This document shows, piece after piece, positions 19,430-29,393 of a stretch of DNA of 64,000 nucleotides (positions within the stretch are counted from its first letter, which is position 1; every line of letters begins with the position of its first letter). Under the pieces are notes generated by a model. The model searched no databases, was not told the DNA's origin, and worked only from the letters and a program-made list of their open reading frames with translations. The stretch spans positions 37,231 through 101,230 of the forward strand of contig CAMYJI010000003.1 of assembly GCA_947258545.1 (NCBI GenBank), read 5' to 3'. A program made the position numbers and the translations under genes. This stretch comes from an uncultured Ectothiorhodospiraceae bacterium. GTDB lineage: Bacteria > Pseudomonadota > Gammaproteobacteria > UBA9214.

Positions 19430-19828
19430 TTAGTTCGGGTCCCGCGGATTTGTGCCATCGACATAGAACCAGCGCCCGTCCTGTTTTACAAAGTGACTAA
19501 CCTCGTGCAGGCGCACGGCCCGGCCATGGATCTTGTAGCGCGCAATGAACTCGACCGTTCCGGCATGGTCACTGCTGCCGCCGGCCTCCGTGGCCAGGAC
19601 CTTCAGACCCAGCCACCGGGTCGCCGGCTCCCGGTCCAGTGCCAACGGCCGGGTCGAGGCATGCCAGGTCTCCAGCAGATAGGCCGCATCGTTCAGGACG
19701 AAGGCGGTATAGCGCGAGCGCATCAGGGCCTCGGCCGTGGCGGGAACTGCGGCATGCGTGTGGTACGGTCCGCAACAGGCAGTGTATTGTCTGGTAGACC
19801 CACAGGGACACACTGGTTCGGCAGGCAT
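19430..19828 (-). CDS. ychJ: YchJ family protein (SEC-C motif, UPF0225)
   Basis: The segment starting CPCGSTRQYTACCGPYH, followed by the segment ALMRSRYTAF. Start at the Met at 19828 (132 aa). The 291-aa track ORF is an upstream extension. Confidence 0.85.
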   Translation of the reverse strand: MPAEPVCPCGSTRQYTACCGPYHTHAAVPATAEALMRSRYTAFVLNDAAYLLETWHASTRPLALDREPATRWLGLKVLATEAGGSSDHAGTVEFIARYKIHGRAVRLHEVSHFVKQDGRWFYVDGTNPRDPN

Positions 19829-19946
19829 GACTCCCCCGGGAATGGAAAACACGAGACGGCCTGGAAACCCGGGCGCTAAACGAGGCAACAGGCACGCGTT
19901 CCGGTCACGTATAATAGACCTCCAGGCACGCACGGGCACAGCCATC

Positions 19947-20267
19947 ATGGCCGATAAGCCAAGTGAACTCAATGGCGAAGAACTACGCCGGAAACTGAAT
20001 CTCGAGACCGGCCGGCTGGGCTGGCCTGAACTGCAGCGCCACTTCGCCCGCGGGGTCGTGATCACCCTGTCTGCGGATATGGACCTGGTCGAAGTCGCCA
20101 TGCGTTTTGCGCAGGACGACAAGGCGGGCATCGAGCAGTGGCTAAGCCGGGGCTGCATCAGGCGCGCATCCGATGCCGATGCGCTGCTCTGGAGCAGGAC
20201 CGGGCCGACGTTCTGGGCGATCGTCGTGGCACCCTGGGTGCTGGTGCAGGAAATCACCCTGCAATAG
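19947..20267 (+). CDS. DUF2288 domain protein
   Basis: 106 aa starting at MADKPSELNG. The C-terminal WAIVVAPWVLVQ is recalled as characteristic of DUF2288. Confidence 0.7.
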   Translation: MADKPSELNGEELRRKLNLETGRLGWPELQRHFARGVVITLSADMDLVEVAMRFAQDDKAGIEQWLSRGCIRRASDADALLWSRTGPTFWAIVVAPWVLVQEITLQ

Positions 20268-20298
20268 GGCAGTTCAATAGGCAACAGGAGCAATAGGA

Positions 20299-21687
20299 AT
20301 GACATACACCGCCGCTCGCTTCATGGCCCCGCGATACCGCTGCGGGTACCTGCTGGCCGCGCTGGTGCTGGTCTTCGGCATTGTTGATGGCGTGTCCGCC
20401 AGGACAACGCCGCCGGGCGACAGCATCGCCCCGATGCTGGAACAGGTATTGCCGGCCGTGGTCAACATTTCGACCCGTACCCGGGTCACCGTCCAGCGCC
20501 ACCCCTTGCTCGATGATCCCTTCTTCCGGCGTTTCTTTGATCTGCCCGACGATCAACGCCGGGAGCGCAAAAAACACAGCCTGGGATCGGGTGTTATCGT
20601 CAACGCCACCAGGGGCTACATCCTGACCAATCACCATGTCATCGAGGGTGCCGACGAGATCACCGTCACCCTGCGCGACCAGCGCCAGTTCTCCGCCGAG
20701 GTCGTGGGTGCCGACCCGGAAGTGGATCTTGCCCTGCTGCGCGTCAAGGCCGAGGGGCTGACGGCGCTGGCGATCGCGGACTCGGAAAAACTGCGTGTCG
20801 GCGATTTCGTGGTGGCGATCGGCAGCCCCTTCGGACTCGGGCAGACCGTCACCTATGGCATTGTCAGCGCGCTGGGACGCACCGGTCTGGGTATCGAGGG
20901 CTACGAGGATTTCATCCAGACCGACGCCTCCATCAATCCAGGCAATTCCGGAGGTCCACTGGTCAACATGCGCGGCGAGATGGTCGGGATCAACACGGCC
21001 ATCGTCGGCCCCAGCGGCGGCAACATCGGCATCGGCTTCGCCATTCCCAGCAGCATGGCCCGGACGATCATGGAACACCTTGCTGAATTCGGCGATGTGC
21101 GCCGTGGACAACTGGGACTGGTGGCACAGGACCTCACGCCCGAGCTCGCGCGCGCCTTTGGCATGCAACAGGGCCTGGGGGCCGTCGTCGCGCAGGTGAC
21201 AAGGGGATCGGCGGCCGAGCAGGCGGATCTGCAACCCGGCGATGTGATCGTCGCCCTGAACCAGCGTCAGATCACCGGCTCGGGGGACTTGCGCAACGCC
21301 ATCGGCCTGCTGCGCGTGGGGACGCGCATCCGGCTCGATGTGCTGCGCAAGGGCAGGCCGTTGACCTTGCATGCCGTGATCGTGGACCCACTGGAAACCG
21401 GCACTGCGGCGGGCCAGTCCAGCAAGCACCTGACCGGCGCTATCCTGGGCCACATCCAGGACAATCATGTACTCGCGGGGCAGGTGCAGGGAGTGCAGGT
21501 CCTGGAGGTGGAACACGGCAGCCCGGCCTGGTCGGCGGGCCTGCGCACCGATGACATCATCGTGTCGATCAACCAGCAGGCACTGCAATCGGCGGACGAT
21601 GTCGCCGTGGCCGTCAAGTGCAACCCGGACGCCTTGCTGATGAATATTCGCCGCGGCAACGGGGCATTGTTTCTCGTGAACCGCTAG
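20299..21687 (+). CDS. Do/DegP/DegQ family periplasmic serine endopeptidase
   Basis: Signal peptide, catalytic-triad context (TNHHVI, DLALL, GNSGGPL), and two PDZ-like C-terminal regions. Confidence 0.9.
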   Translation: MTYTAARFMAPRYRCGYLLAALVLVFGIVDGVSARTTPPGDSIAPMLEQVLPAVVNISTRTRVTVQRHPLLDDPFFRRFFDLPDDQRRERKKHSLGSGVIVNATRGYILTNHHVIEGADEITVTLRDQRQFSAEVVGADPEVDLALLRVKAEGLTALAIADSEKLRVGDFVVAIGSPFGLGQTVTYGIVSALGRTGLGIEGYEDFIQTDASINPGNSGGPLVNMRGEMVGINTAIVGPSGGNIGIGFAIPSSMARTIMEHLAEFGDVRRGQLGLVAQDLTPELARAFGMQQGLGAVVAQVTRGSAAEQADLQPGDVIVALNQRQITGSGDLRNAIGLLRVGTRIRLDVLRKGRPLTLHAVIVDPLETGTAAGQSSKHLTGAILGHIQDNHVLAGQVQGVQVLEVEHGSPAWSAGLRTDDIIVSINQQALQSADDVAVAVKCNPDALLMNIRRGNGALFLVNR

Positions 21688-21705
21688 GCGCGGGCACGGC
21701 GCCGG

Positions 21706-23001
21706 CTAACGCTCCCCGGGCGGCTGGTAATCACGCTGTTTTGCACCCACGTACAACTGCCGCGGTCGGCCGATACGCTGGTCCTCCTCGCCGATCATCT
21801 CCATCCACTGGGCCACCCAGCCCACGGTACGCGCGATGGCGAACATCACCGTAAACATATTGGTCGGTATACCCAGGGCCTTGTAGATGAGGCCCGAGTA
21901 GAAGTCCACGTTCGGGTAGAGATTGCGCTGAATGAAATACTCGTCGCTGCGGGCAATCTCCTCCAGGCGCAGCGCCAGCTCGAACATCGGGTCATCACCC
22001 TCGCCGAGTTTTGCCAGCACCTCGTGGCACATCTTGCGGATGATGCGAGCGCGCGGGTCGTAGTTCTTGTAGACGCGGTGACCGAAACCCATCAGGCGGA
22101 ACGGGTCGGTACGGTCCTTGGCGCGATCCAGATACTTCGGCACACTGCGGACATCGCCGATCTCGTCCAGCATGGCCAGCACGGCCTCGTTGGCGCCGCC
22201 GTGTGCCGGACCCCACAGCGCCGCGATACCGGAAGCGATGCAGGCGAATGGATTGGCACCGGAACTGCCCGCCAGTCGCACGGTGGAGGTACTGGCATTC
22301 TGTTCATGATCGGCATGCAGGATGAAGATCAGGTCCAGGGCCCTTTCCGCGACCGGATCGATTTCGTATTCCTCGCAAGGTACGCTGAACATCATGTTCA
22401 ACAGGTTGCCTGTGTAACTCAGGGAATTGTCCGGATAGACCTGGGGCTCGCCAATGGAGTGCTTGTAACTCGCGGCAGCGATGACCGGCATTTTCGCGAT
22501 CATGCGGTGTCCGGCGATCTCGCGATGCTTTGGGTTATTGATATCCGTGGAATCGTGGTAGAAGGCCGACAGGGACCCGACGACACCCACCATGATCGCC
22601 ATCGGATGTGCATCGTGGTAGAAACCGCGGAAAAATCCCTTCAGCGACTCGTTCAGCATGCTGTGATGCGTGATCTTATGCTGGAAGCCCTCAAGTTGAG
22701 CCTGGTCGGGCAACTCGCCGCACAACATCAGGTAGGCGACCTCGATAAAACTGCTGTGTTCCGCCAGCTGTTCAATTGGGTAACCGCGGTATTGCAGCAT
22801 ACCCTGCTTCCCGTCCAGGTAGGTCAGCCGGCTGTGGCAACTGGCCGTGGACAGAAAGCCGGGGTCATAGGTGAAATAGCCGGTCTCGCGCAGGAAACGT
22901 CCGATATCCACCGCGTCCGGTCCCTGTGTTGACTGCATGACTGGCAGTTCGATCTGCTTGCCGGTCCGGTTATCGATAACGGTTACAGTATTCTCGCCCA
23001 T
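21706..23001 (-). CDS. gltA: Citrate synthase (type II)
   Basis: The segment [38 protein letters not shown], the motif [13 protein letters not shown], and the C-terminal stretch RPRQLYVG. The ATG at 23001 is preceded by GAGGA. Confidence 0.92.
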   Translation of the reverse strand: MGENTVTVIDNRTGKQIELPVMQSTQGPDAVDIGRFLRETGYFTYDPGFLSTASCHSRLTYLDGKQGMLQYRGYPIEQLAEHSSFIEVAYLMLCGELPDQAQLEGFQHKITHHSMLNESLKGFFRGFYHDAHPMAIMVGVVGSLSAFYHDSTDINNPKHREIAGHRMIAKMPVIAAASYKHSIGEPQVYPDNSLSYTGNLLNMMFSVPCEEYEIDPVAERALDLIFILHADHEQNASTSTVRLAGSSGANPFACIASGIAALWGPAHGGANEAVLAMLDEIGDVRSVPKYLDRAKDRTDPFRLMGFGHRVYKNYDPRARIIRKMCHEVLAKLGEGDDPMFELALRLEEIARSDEYFIQRNLYPNVDFYSGLIYKALGIPTNMFTVMFAIARTVGWVAQWMEMIGEEDQRIGRPRQLYVGAKQRDYQPPGER

Positions 23002-23107
23002 CCGCAGATCCTCTATTAAATGCCCAATACGGGCCATGCCGGTTACAATCGTTGTATCCGGGAGTTGCAGTAACGGCTCACGCCACCGCACACCCTGATC
23101 CTTCTGC

Positions 23108-23761
23108 CTAACGCTTACCTGACGTGACTGCGTCGTTCAGCCTGATGAAGACAACCGACGCATTGATGCCCGAAACATCCGTATTCTCGTAACCAGGGGG
23201 TGTCTGTACCTGTGACACACCGAATCCTGCCATGTCCTCACGCGAAAGGAAATAATAGTTAGGTACATTGTACGGGGGCATCTTCCCGATCCAGCAAAGG
23301 TACTGGTCGATCCCGATATGCGCGAAAAAGTCCCGCTCGAGCCGGACCAGCCGATCCATCAACGCACGCGCCCTTTCACGGGCCGTCACGGCATCTTCGC
23401 CATAGCGCTGCATGCGCAGAGCAATATCATCCGTCCATAGCCCGGTCGCTTTCAAGTGATGGTAGTTTCCATGCCAGGCAACGACGGCACCGGGGGCAAT
23501 AAACTTCCGGCTGGCCGCCGGAAAGACAAAATTGGCACAGGAAGAAAGGCAGTATTCAGCTACTTCGACATCCAGCCGTCGTTCGAAGACCCACACGCCC
23601 AGCGCGATACCCGCCTCCACCTCACCGCCGCTGGAGGTAATCACCAGCCGCTTTACCGGCCTGTCCGCCATTGCAGCAAAGAACCGCCGGTTTTTTTCCG
23701 TCGATATCGAGCCGTTGTAATAGACGACCTCTCCAGCCAGCCGATTATCGGCATTGACCAT
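23108..23761 (-). CDS. Hypothetical protein, possibly ClpP/SppA-like fold
   Basis: [16 protein letters not shown] resembles the SPGG-x-v-x-ag segment of ClpP/SppA-type proteins. The first ATG is at 23761, but a signal-peptide-like sequence continues in frame upstream (see findings). Confidence 0.5.
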   Translation of the reverse strand: MVNADNRLAGEVVYYNGSISTEKNRRFFAAMADRPVKRLVITSSGGEVEAGIALGVWVFERRLDVEVAEYCLSSCANFVFPAASRKFIAPGAVVAWHGNYHHLKATGLWTDDIALRMQRYGEDAVTARERARALMDRLVRLERDFFAHIGIDQYLCWIGKMPPYNVPNYYFLSREDMAGFGVSQVQTPPGYENTDVSGINASVVFIRLNDAVTSGKR

Positions 23762-23829
23762 AACGGAAACCCAGAGCGACGCCAGAAAAACAAGGCGGAC
23801 TGAAAATGCATGCTTTTTGATGAGCGCGA

Positions 23830-26166
23830 TTACCCGACCAGCTGGTTGAATTCGCGATCCCGGGGCATATCTTCTGCGCGAACCGACATCTCGCTCCTAT
23901 GCCAGAAGCTGAAGCGGTTCCCGCCTTCGCGTTTTGCCTGATACATGGCCATATCGGCACGCTCGATCAGTGAATATTCGTTCCTGCCATCCTCGGGAAA
24001 CACACTGATTCCAATACTGGTGGAAATAAGTTTTTCGGTCCCCCCGATTTCGAATGGCTTGCGGAGCTCGTACAGGATCCTCTCTGAGATACTGACCACG
24101 TTGCCCAATTCCTCGATTTCCTCGAGAATAATAGTGAATTCATCGCCACCATAGCGCGAAACCGTATCCATCTCGCGCACCGTAGTCACCAGCCGGCCGG
24201 CCACTTGCTGCAACAGCTCATCACCCAACAGGTGGCCAAGAGAGTCATTGATATCCTTGAAGCCGTCAAGATCAAGAAACAACATGGCCACACGCTTGCC
24301 GCTTCGCCGGGTATGGTGCAACGCGTGCGTTAGGCGGTCATTGAACAGGGCCCGGTTGGGCAGGCCGGTCAGCGGGTCATGATAGGCCAGGTATTTCACA
24401 TGCTCTTGTATGCCTTCGATCGCAGCGATATCGGTAAATACATGCACGTAATTGGTAATCAATCCCGCTTCATTGCGGACCACGCTGATGCTGGCCCATT
24501 GCGGGTACGCTTCACCGCTTTCCCGGCGCTGCCATATCTCGCCCTGCCAACATCCCTTGTCCAGGAGGATTGTATTGATGTTCTCGAAAAACGCTGCATC
24601 GTGCCTGTCGGACTTCAGGATACTGGCAGGCTTGCCGAGCAGGTCCGCCTCGGCATGCCCGATTATCTCGGTGAGTGCCCGGTTGACGCCAGTTATATTC
24701 CAGTCGGCATCGGTCACCATGACACCCTCATTGGAGTTATCGAACACGGTTTTCGCCTGGCGTAACATGTTACCCGCTTCACGGCGCTCACTGATGTCGA
24801 TGATAATCGCCACGAAGGCCTGCCGGGCCCCAAGACTGGAAAGCTGCAAATGCACCTCAACCGGGTACTGGCTACCGTCCTTGCGGCAATGCATGGTCTC
24901 GAAACACAGGTGCTCCAGGCTCCCGTCCCGTAGCGGTGCCAGATTTCGGTCAAACATTTCCTGAGTCATTTCCGGCTTGATATCGACCGGCGTCATCTTG
25001 CGGAGTTCCACCAGGCTGTAGCCGAGGTTATTCCGCGCACCCTGGTTGATGTTCAGGAATTGCAAGGTATGTGCATCGAATATGTAGATTTCATTGAGCG
25101 ACTCTTCGAGAATCTGCCCTAGACTGCTCACCATGCCCTGGCTTTGTTTGTGTCTGCGCATCTCCGTGAGCAGATGGATATTCGCCGCCGACAGGTCCCG
25201 GGTACGCTCAACAATCCGCTGCTCCATCTCTGCCTGATTCTGCTCGAGCCGCTGCTGGGCGATCCTGCGTTCCCGGAGAACAATGGCGAGCATCAGCACG
25301 GTGATACTGCAAACACTCATGTACGCCTGCAGCATCAACAGGGACTCATTCAAGTCATGATGCAGAAAGGGGCCGAATCCATGCACCGTACCCCAGATCG
25401 CATGCAGCGAGACAATGGTGATTGCGAGCGCCGCTCCACGCCTTCCGAAACGCACGGCCGCCCAGATCAGGATGGGGATCACCAGAAACGCCAGCGGGTA
25501 GTTTTCTGCCCCGAGGTGGAACCAGCCACTGAATACAAGTTGGGCCGTGAACATAAGTGAAATCGCAAGTGTCAGGCCCTCGACGACACGCAGCCGATTC
25601 CAGTGCACGAAAGGTTTGGCTCCCCAGGCGAGCAACAGCGGGGCAAATACGGTGACGCCGGCAGCATCGCCCAGCCACCAGGTCGTCCAGAGTGCCGGGG
25701 TGCTGTCAATCGAGACCATCCCTGTCATTGCCAGTGCTGCCACGCCGACCGTGGCACTCAGGAGAGTAGCAATGATCCCGCCGGCAACCACCAGCGCCAC
25801 CAGGCCCTGGCAATTATCCAGCGGAGTACGCGCCCCGCTGAAATGACATACCAGGCGCGCACCCACCACACCGGCCAGGGTGTTGCCCGTCGCGATCAAC
25901 ATCGCCGTCAACAGGGGGAGGCCGCTCCAGAAATTAACCAGCAGGGCCGCCGCTGTAATGGCCGGCCATACCCGCGTCCCCAGCAGCAGCAGGGCCGCTA
26001 TCGCGATACCGCTGGGTGGCCATACGGCGGTCACGTGACCGTGGACCACCGCCAGCTCCAGCCCCAACAGCGCGGAGAACGTATACAGAATTGCCACGCC
26101 CAGGGACATGAGCACCAGGGGTGGATAACCGGCTGTACCGGAGACTGTCTTTTCGACACTCACCAC
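23830..26166 (-). CDS. MASE1-PAS-PAS-GGDEF diguanylate cyclase
   Basis: The N-terminal ~300 aa is polytopic and MASE1-like, followed by two PAS-like regions. The C-terminal GGDEF domain reads RYGGDEFTIIL, with an RxxD I-site (REMD) five residues upstream. GTG start at 26166. Confidence 0.88.
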   Translation of the reverse strand: MVSVEKTVSGTAGYPPLVLMSLGVAILYTFSALLGLELAVVHGHVTAVWPPSGIAIAALLLLGTRVWPAITAAALLVNFWSGLPLLTAMLIATGNTLAGVVGARLVCHFSGARTPLDNCQGLVALVVAGGIIATLLSATVGVAALAMTGMVSIDSTPALWTTWWLGDAAGVTVFAPLLLAWGAKPFVHWNRLRVVEGLTLAISLMFTAQLVFSGWFHLGAENYPLAFLVIPILIWAAVRFGRRGAALAITIVSLHAIWGTVHGFGPFLHHDLNESLLMLQAYMSVCSITVLMLAIVLRERRIAQQRLEQNQAEMEQRIVERTRDLSAANIHLLTEMRRHKQSQGMVSSLGQILEESLNEIYIFDAHTLQFLNINQGARNNLGYSLVELRKMTPVDIKPEMTQEMFDRNLAPLRDGSLEHLCFETMHCRKDGSQYPVEVHLQLSSLGARQAFVAIIIDISERREAGNMLRQAKTVFDNSNEGVMVTDADWNITGVNRALTEIIGHAEADLLGKPASILKSDRHDAAFFENINTILLDKGCWQGEIWQRRESGEAYPQWASISVVRNEAGLITNYVHVFTDIAAIEGIQEHVKYLAYHDPLTGLPNRALFNDRLTHALHHTRRSGKRVAMLFLDLDGFKDINDSLGHLLGDELLQQVAGRLVTTVREMDTVSRYGGDEFTIILEEIEELGNVVSISERILYELRKPFEIGGTEKLISTSIGISVFPEDGRNEYSLIERADMAMYQAKREGGNRFSFWHRSEMSVRAEDMPRDREFNQLVG

Positions 26167-26350
26167 AGATTATTTTCCATGTGAATCATGTGCATACAAA
26201 GATTCGCCCACAAGGGGTGTAAAATATTTTCCTTACCCGGAATACATCGGTCCAGCGGCGAATTACTTTATCGATAATCAGTGCGTCCATTGAGGCAGCC
26301 GGGGCATCTGCCCTGCCGCCGGGATACCCCTGCACGGGGGGGATCGGGCC

Positions 26351-26728
26351 TCAATGCAGGTGGGTAAACTGCACGGGTACCTGCTTGCGATAGTCCTGGT
26401 CAAAGATCAGCTCAATGGAGACGTCACCCTCGTTGTCTTCGTACACGACCTGTTTCAGGTCGGGGAGGCGGTTTGCCAGGTAGCTGCACAGGGCAGCGGC
26501 CATTGATTCGTCATCGGTCCTGATGGCATGCAGCAGGTTGGCGGCCACGAACTGCGCACGCTGGTTCACATCGGGCTGCTCGATGGTCTCTTCGCCAACG
26601 AGGATCCCCGCATCCATCCTGGCATCCATCTTCTCCAGATAGACTGCCTGATGGTCCGGCAGGGGTTTGTCGCGATCGTATTCCAGCTGCGCAATCCCGT
26701 TCAATATAACCGCCATCATGTTGCTCAT
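26351..26728 (-). CDS. Hypothetical protein (125 aa)
   Basis: Clean ORF co-oriented with the vWA operon. No family recognised. Confidence 0.5.
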   Translation of the reverse strand: MSNMMAVILNGIAQLEYDRDKPLPDHQAVYLEKMDARMDAGILVGEETIEQPDVNQRAQFVAANLLHAIRTDDESMAAALCSYLANRLPDLKQVVYEDNEGDVSIELIFDQDYRKQVPVQFTHLH

Positions 26729-26783
26729 ACCCTGATCCTGTCCTGGTTGTAGTGCAGACGGATGTGATTATAGCGTTCATGCA

Positions 26784-26811
26784 CACGGCCCGGTATCACC
26801 ACCGGGCCGTG
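26784..26811 (-). terminator. GC-rich hairpin downstream of the vWA gene
   Basis: CACGGCCCGG-N8-CCGGGCCGTG forms a perfect 10-bp stem. There is no clear U-tract, so terminator function is uncertain. Confidence 0.35.
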
Positions 26812-26827
26812 TACAGGATAACCCGAC

Positions 26828-28048
26828 TCAGAAGTCGGGCGCGTCGGCCTCGTAGTGCAGGCCCAGCTTGCCGGCCTGCTCCTTCACCGCACTGTAGATC
26901 TTGTGGTCAAGCGAGTCCCTGGCACCACCGATCTCTTCGACCTTCTTTTCAAGATAGGCCGACCGTTTCTGCGCCAGATCCTTCACCTGCTGCCGCAACT
27001 CGTTGCGGCGCGCGGCCGTTTCGGTGATCAGCGCTTCCCGCTCTGCCGGCGCCATGGCCTGCATAGGTTCCGGCAGCGTGTCCCTGTCGATACTGGACAG
27101 GTCGACACGTCCACTGGCCACATCATCGACCAGCTCACCATCACCGAGAAAGTTGGACTCGCCGCCAGTCGAGACATTGAATGCCGCCCTGCGGGCGCGT
27201 GACTCGACCGAGGATCCAGCATGCAGCTTGTCTGTCGCATCCAGCTTCAGGCGTTGTTTTTCCTTCTCCTCGGCAGTGCCGTAATAGAGCCGGGTGTCAT
27301 CGAGCTTTTCAGACAGCCGGGCAAGATCCCCGTCAAAGGGCGTGGCGATGGCCACGGCACCACCCGCCTGGTCCACCTGGAAGTAGCGGCCATGACCAAG
27401 GCTGGCAATCCGTTCCCACTCCTGTTTCGCCGGACTGTTATGGCCACACTGGATGGTGTTTACCATGATTCCCCTGGCCGTGGCGGCAGCGAGGGTTTCC
27501 GGGTATTTGATGTCATCCTGATAATCCATGTGCGGTGGCGCATCACCGACCAGGAACACCACCCGGTAGGCCTGGCTCTCCTGGCTCCAGGAGATCTTGT
27601 GGACCGCATCGGACAGGGCCTGGTTCACGCTTTCCGGGCCGTCGCCACCGCCATTGGCCTGAAAGTCCATCAAAGTGGCATACACGGAGTCCAGGTCGTC
27701 CGACAGGTCCACCACCCGGGTCACATAGGCATCGCCACGGTCACGGTAGGCAACCAGGCCCATGTGGATATCGGGTGCCGGTTGCGCCGAGGCCATGGTG
27801 GTGGCTATCGACCAGATCTTTTCCTTGGCGGCCTGGATCAGCCCGCCCATGCTGCCGGTGGTGTCCAGTACAAACACGACCTCTACCCGGGGCCGCTCAC
27901 CGGTCTGCGGATCAAGGGGCGGCAGGTCGATCGTGACCGGGTCGAGCGCCGGTTTTATCAGCGTGCCAGCACTCTGGTACGCCGGGTAAAATGCCACACT
28001 TGCGGCTGTCGCCATGAATAATGCCATTGCAATGATTCTCGATTTCAT
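26828..28048 (-). CDS. Exported von Willebrand factor A (vWA) domain protein
   Basis: The ATG at 28048 is preceded by AGGAGG. Signal peptide MKSRIIAMALFMATAASVAF, a MIDAS-like VFVLDTTGSMGG motif, and a C-terminal charged helical tail. Confidence 0.85.
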   Translation of the reverse strand: MKSRIIAMALFMATAASVAFYPAYQSAGTLIKPALDPVTIDLPPLDPQTGERPRVEVVFVLDTTGSMGGLIQAAKEKIWSIATTMASAQPAPDIHMGLVAYRDRGDAYVTRVVDLSDDLDSVYATLMDFQANGGGDGPESVNQALSDAVHKISWSQESQAYRVVFLVGDAPPHMDYQDDIKYPETLAAATARGIMVNTIQCGHNSPAKQEWERIASLGHGRYFQVDQAGGAVAIATPFDGDLARLSEKLDDTRLYYGTAEEKEKQRLKLDATDKLHAGSSVESRARRAAFNVSTGGESNFLGDGELVDDVASGRVDLSSIDRDTLPEPMQAMAPAEREALITETAARRNELRQQVKDLAQKRSAYLEKKVEEIGGARDSLDHKIYSAVKEQAGKLGLHYEADAPDF

Positions 28049-28067
28049 TTTATTGCCTCCTGATGAT

Positions 28068-28637
28068 TCAATTGATTGAAGTGAGTTTGCGCAACGCGCC
28101 TTCCGCGGCGCGGTAGGCGTGCTGAAAACGGTCTCCGGCGTCGTCTTCAATCCGCCCGGATGACGGCTTGTGGCCAAGTCGTGTCGGGATGGCGACAAAC
28201 AGCGCCTGTACCAGGAAGTAACACCAGAGACTGAGAAACAGGCTGCCCGCCTGCAACGTTGCCCAGACCGCCGCTGCCAGGCCCAGGCCGTTAAGGCCCA
28301 GGTCGGCCAGAGCGGAAAGCACGCCGGAATGGAAATACAGTGAGCGGATCAGCCAGATGAATCCGGCATGTGCCAGCACGTACAACAGCAGCGGTGGCTC
28401 CAGCCACCAGAGCGCGAGCGCCACCACGGCCCAGGCGGCCAGCGTGGTGACGCGGCCCACGCGTTCACGACTGCGACCCAACAGGTAAATGATATATACC
28501 AGGCTGCTGGCGGCGATCAGCAGGCGTAATACCGCAGCGCCACCGAATACGGGGCCCAGGACTGTAAACAGTGCACTGGCAAAAAAACTCACACCCAGTG
28601 CCAATCCGACGCCCTCCATGAAGCCCGGGCGTTTCAT
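28068..28637 (-). CDS. Hypothetical polytopic membrane protein
   Basis: 189 aa with at least 4 hydrophobic spans. Its ATG overlaps the stop of the upstream PspA-like gene (ATGA). Confidence 0.65.
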   Translation of the reverse strand: MKRPGFMEGVGLALGVSFFASALFTVLGPVFGGAAVLRLLIAASSLVYIIYLLGRSRERVGRVTTLAAWAVVALALWWLEPPLLLYVLAHAGFIWLIRSLYFHSGVLSALADLGLNGLGLAAAVWATLQAGSLFLSLWCYFLVQALFVAIPTRLGHKPSSGRIEDDAGDRFQHAYRAAEGALRKLTSIN

Positions 28638-29170
28638 GACAGCCCCCTCTTCTGCCGTTCTTGCAGAAAGGCCACTTCCACGTCCTCATCGCGTACCGAG
28701 GTATCCGGCATAGCCCAGGGCTCTTCGTGGCATGCGGGCGCGTTGTCCTCGGCCAGTAATTCGGCCTTCTGGCGCATGCTATCCAGCCGCGTCCGGTTCT
28801 CATCGACCCGGGACCTGAGTCCGGCAAGTGTTGATTCCAGTGTCTCGTGCTTACGGGTGAGAAACCGGGAAAAGCGCTGCGCCTCCAGCTTGCGCCTGAT
28901 CAATGCCCGGGCAAGATCGTCCTTGCCGGACTCGAAGCAGACATCCAGCTCCGCCTCGATTCCCTCCAGGGACTGGGTTATGTCCCTGTGTCGGCTGACC
29001 AGCTGCCCGTGCTCATGATTCAGTATCTTGATGCGCTGTTCATCGCAAACAAGTTCCTCCTCCATCTCCCTGACGGCCTGCCGCAGCAGCACGTCGGGCT
29101 CTTCGATTCGATCGAGGACCGCGTGAAGATCGGCCCGGAACAGTCGCGATACGCGGGTTATCAATGCCAT
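28634..29170 (-). CDS. PspA/IM30 family protein
   Basis: The N-terminus MALITRVSRLFRADLHAVLDRIEEPDVLLRQAVREMEEEL parallels the PspA N-terminus, and the body is heptad-rich. AAGGAGG sits upstream of the ATG. Confidence 0.78.
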   Translation of the reverse strand: MALITRVSRLFRADLHAVLDRIEEPDVLLRQAVREMEEELVCDEQRIKILNHEHGQLVSRHRDITQSLEGIEAELDVCFESGKDDLARALIRRKLEAQRFSRFLTRKHETLESTLAGLRSRVDENRTRLDSMRQKAELLAEDNAPACHEEPWAMPDTSVRDEDVEVAFLQERQKRGLS

Positions 29171-29250
29171 GGTTCACCTCCTTTTCAATGTTTCTGTTGA
29201 CTGTGAATTCAGTCTAGGAGGAGAACCGAAACGTCGGTAGACAGGCTTTG

Positions 29251-29287
29251 GTAAAACTTCTGCCGGACGTTTTACAAAAGATTTACA
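29251..29287. promoter_or_regulatory. Operator-like repeats in a divergent promoter region
   Basis: Inverted repeat GTAAAAC-N11-GTTTTAC (29251-29275), plus direct TTTACA hexamers at 29271 and 29282 (11-nt period). Confidence 0.35.
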
Positions 29288-29393
29288 TGCCGTGGATGAA
29301 ACAAGCTGATAGGCTTTAATCAGTACGGCGTCATTCAAACAATGCGCCGCCATGAACACTCCGCGTGTCGGGATACCGGATGATCAACTGAAC

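Noticed and set aside
19829-20305. N-terminal 159 codons of the 291-aa track ORF upstream of ychJ
   Set aside because: The YchJ family is ~130-160 aa and begins at the CPCG SEC-C motif. The extension is low-complexity (Ser/Arg/Pro/Ala-rich) and overlaps the divergent DUF2288 gene.
20254-21588. 444-aa ORF on the minus strand
   Set aside because: It is entirely antisense to the well-supported DegP/DegQ-family gene. Its composition is Gly/Arg/Ala/Asp-rich, typical of out-of-frame high-GC DNA, and it contains no motifs.
29171-29351. Sigma54 promoter (TGGCAC-N5-TTGC) for the PspA-like operon
   Set aside because: E. coli pspA is sigma54-dependent, but no -24/-12 element is visible here and no PspF-like activator is nearby.
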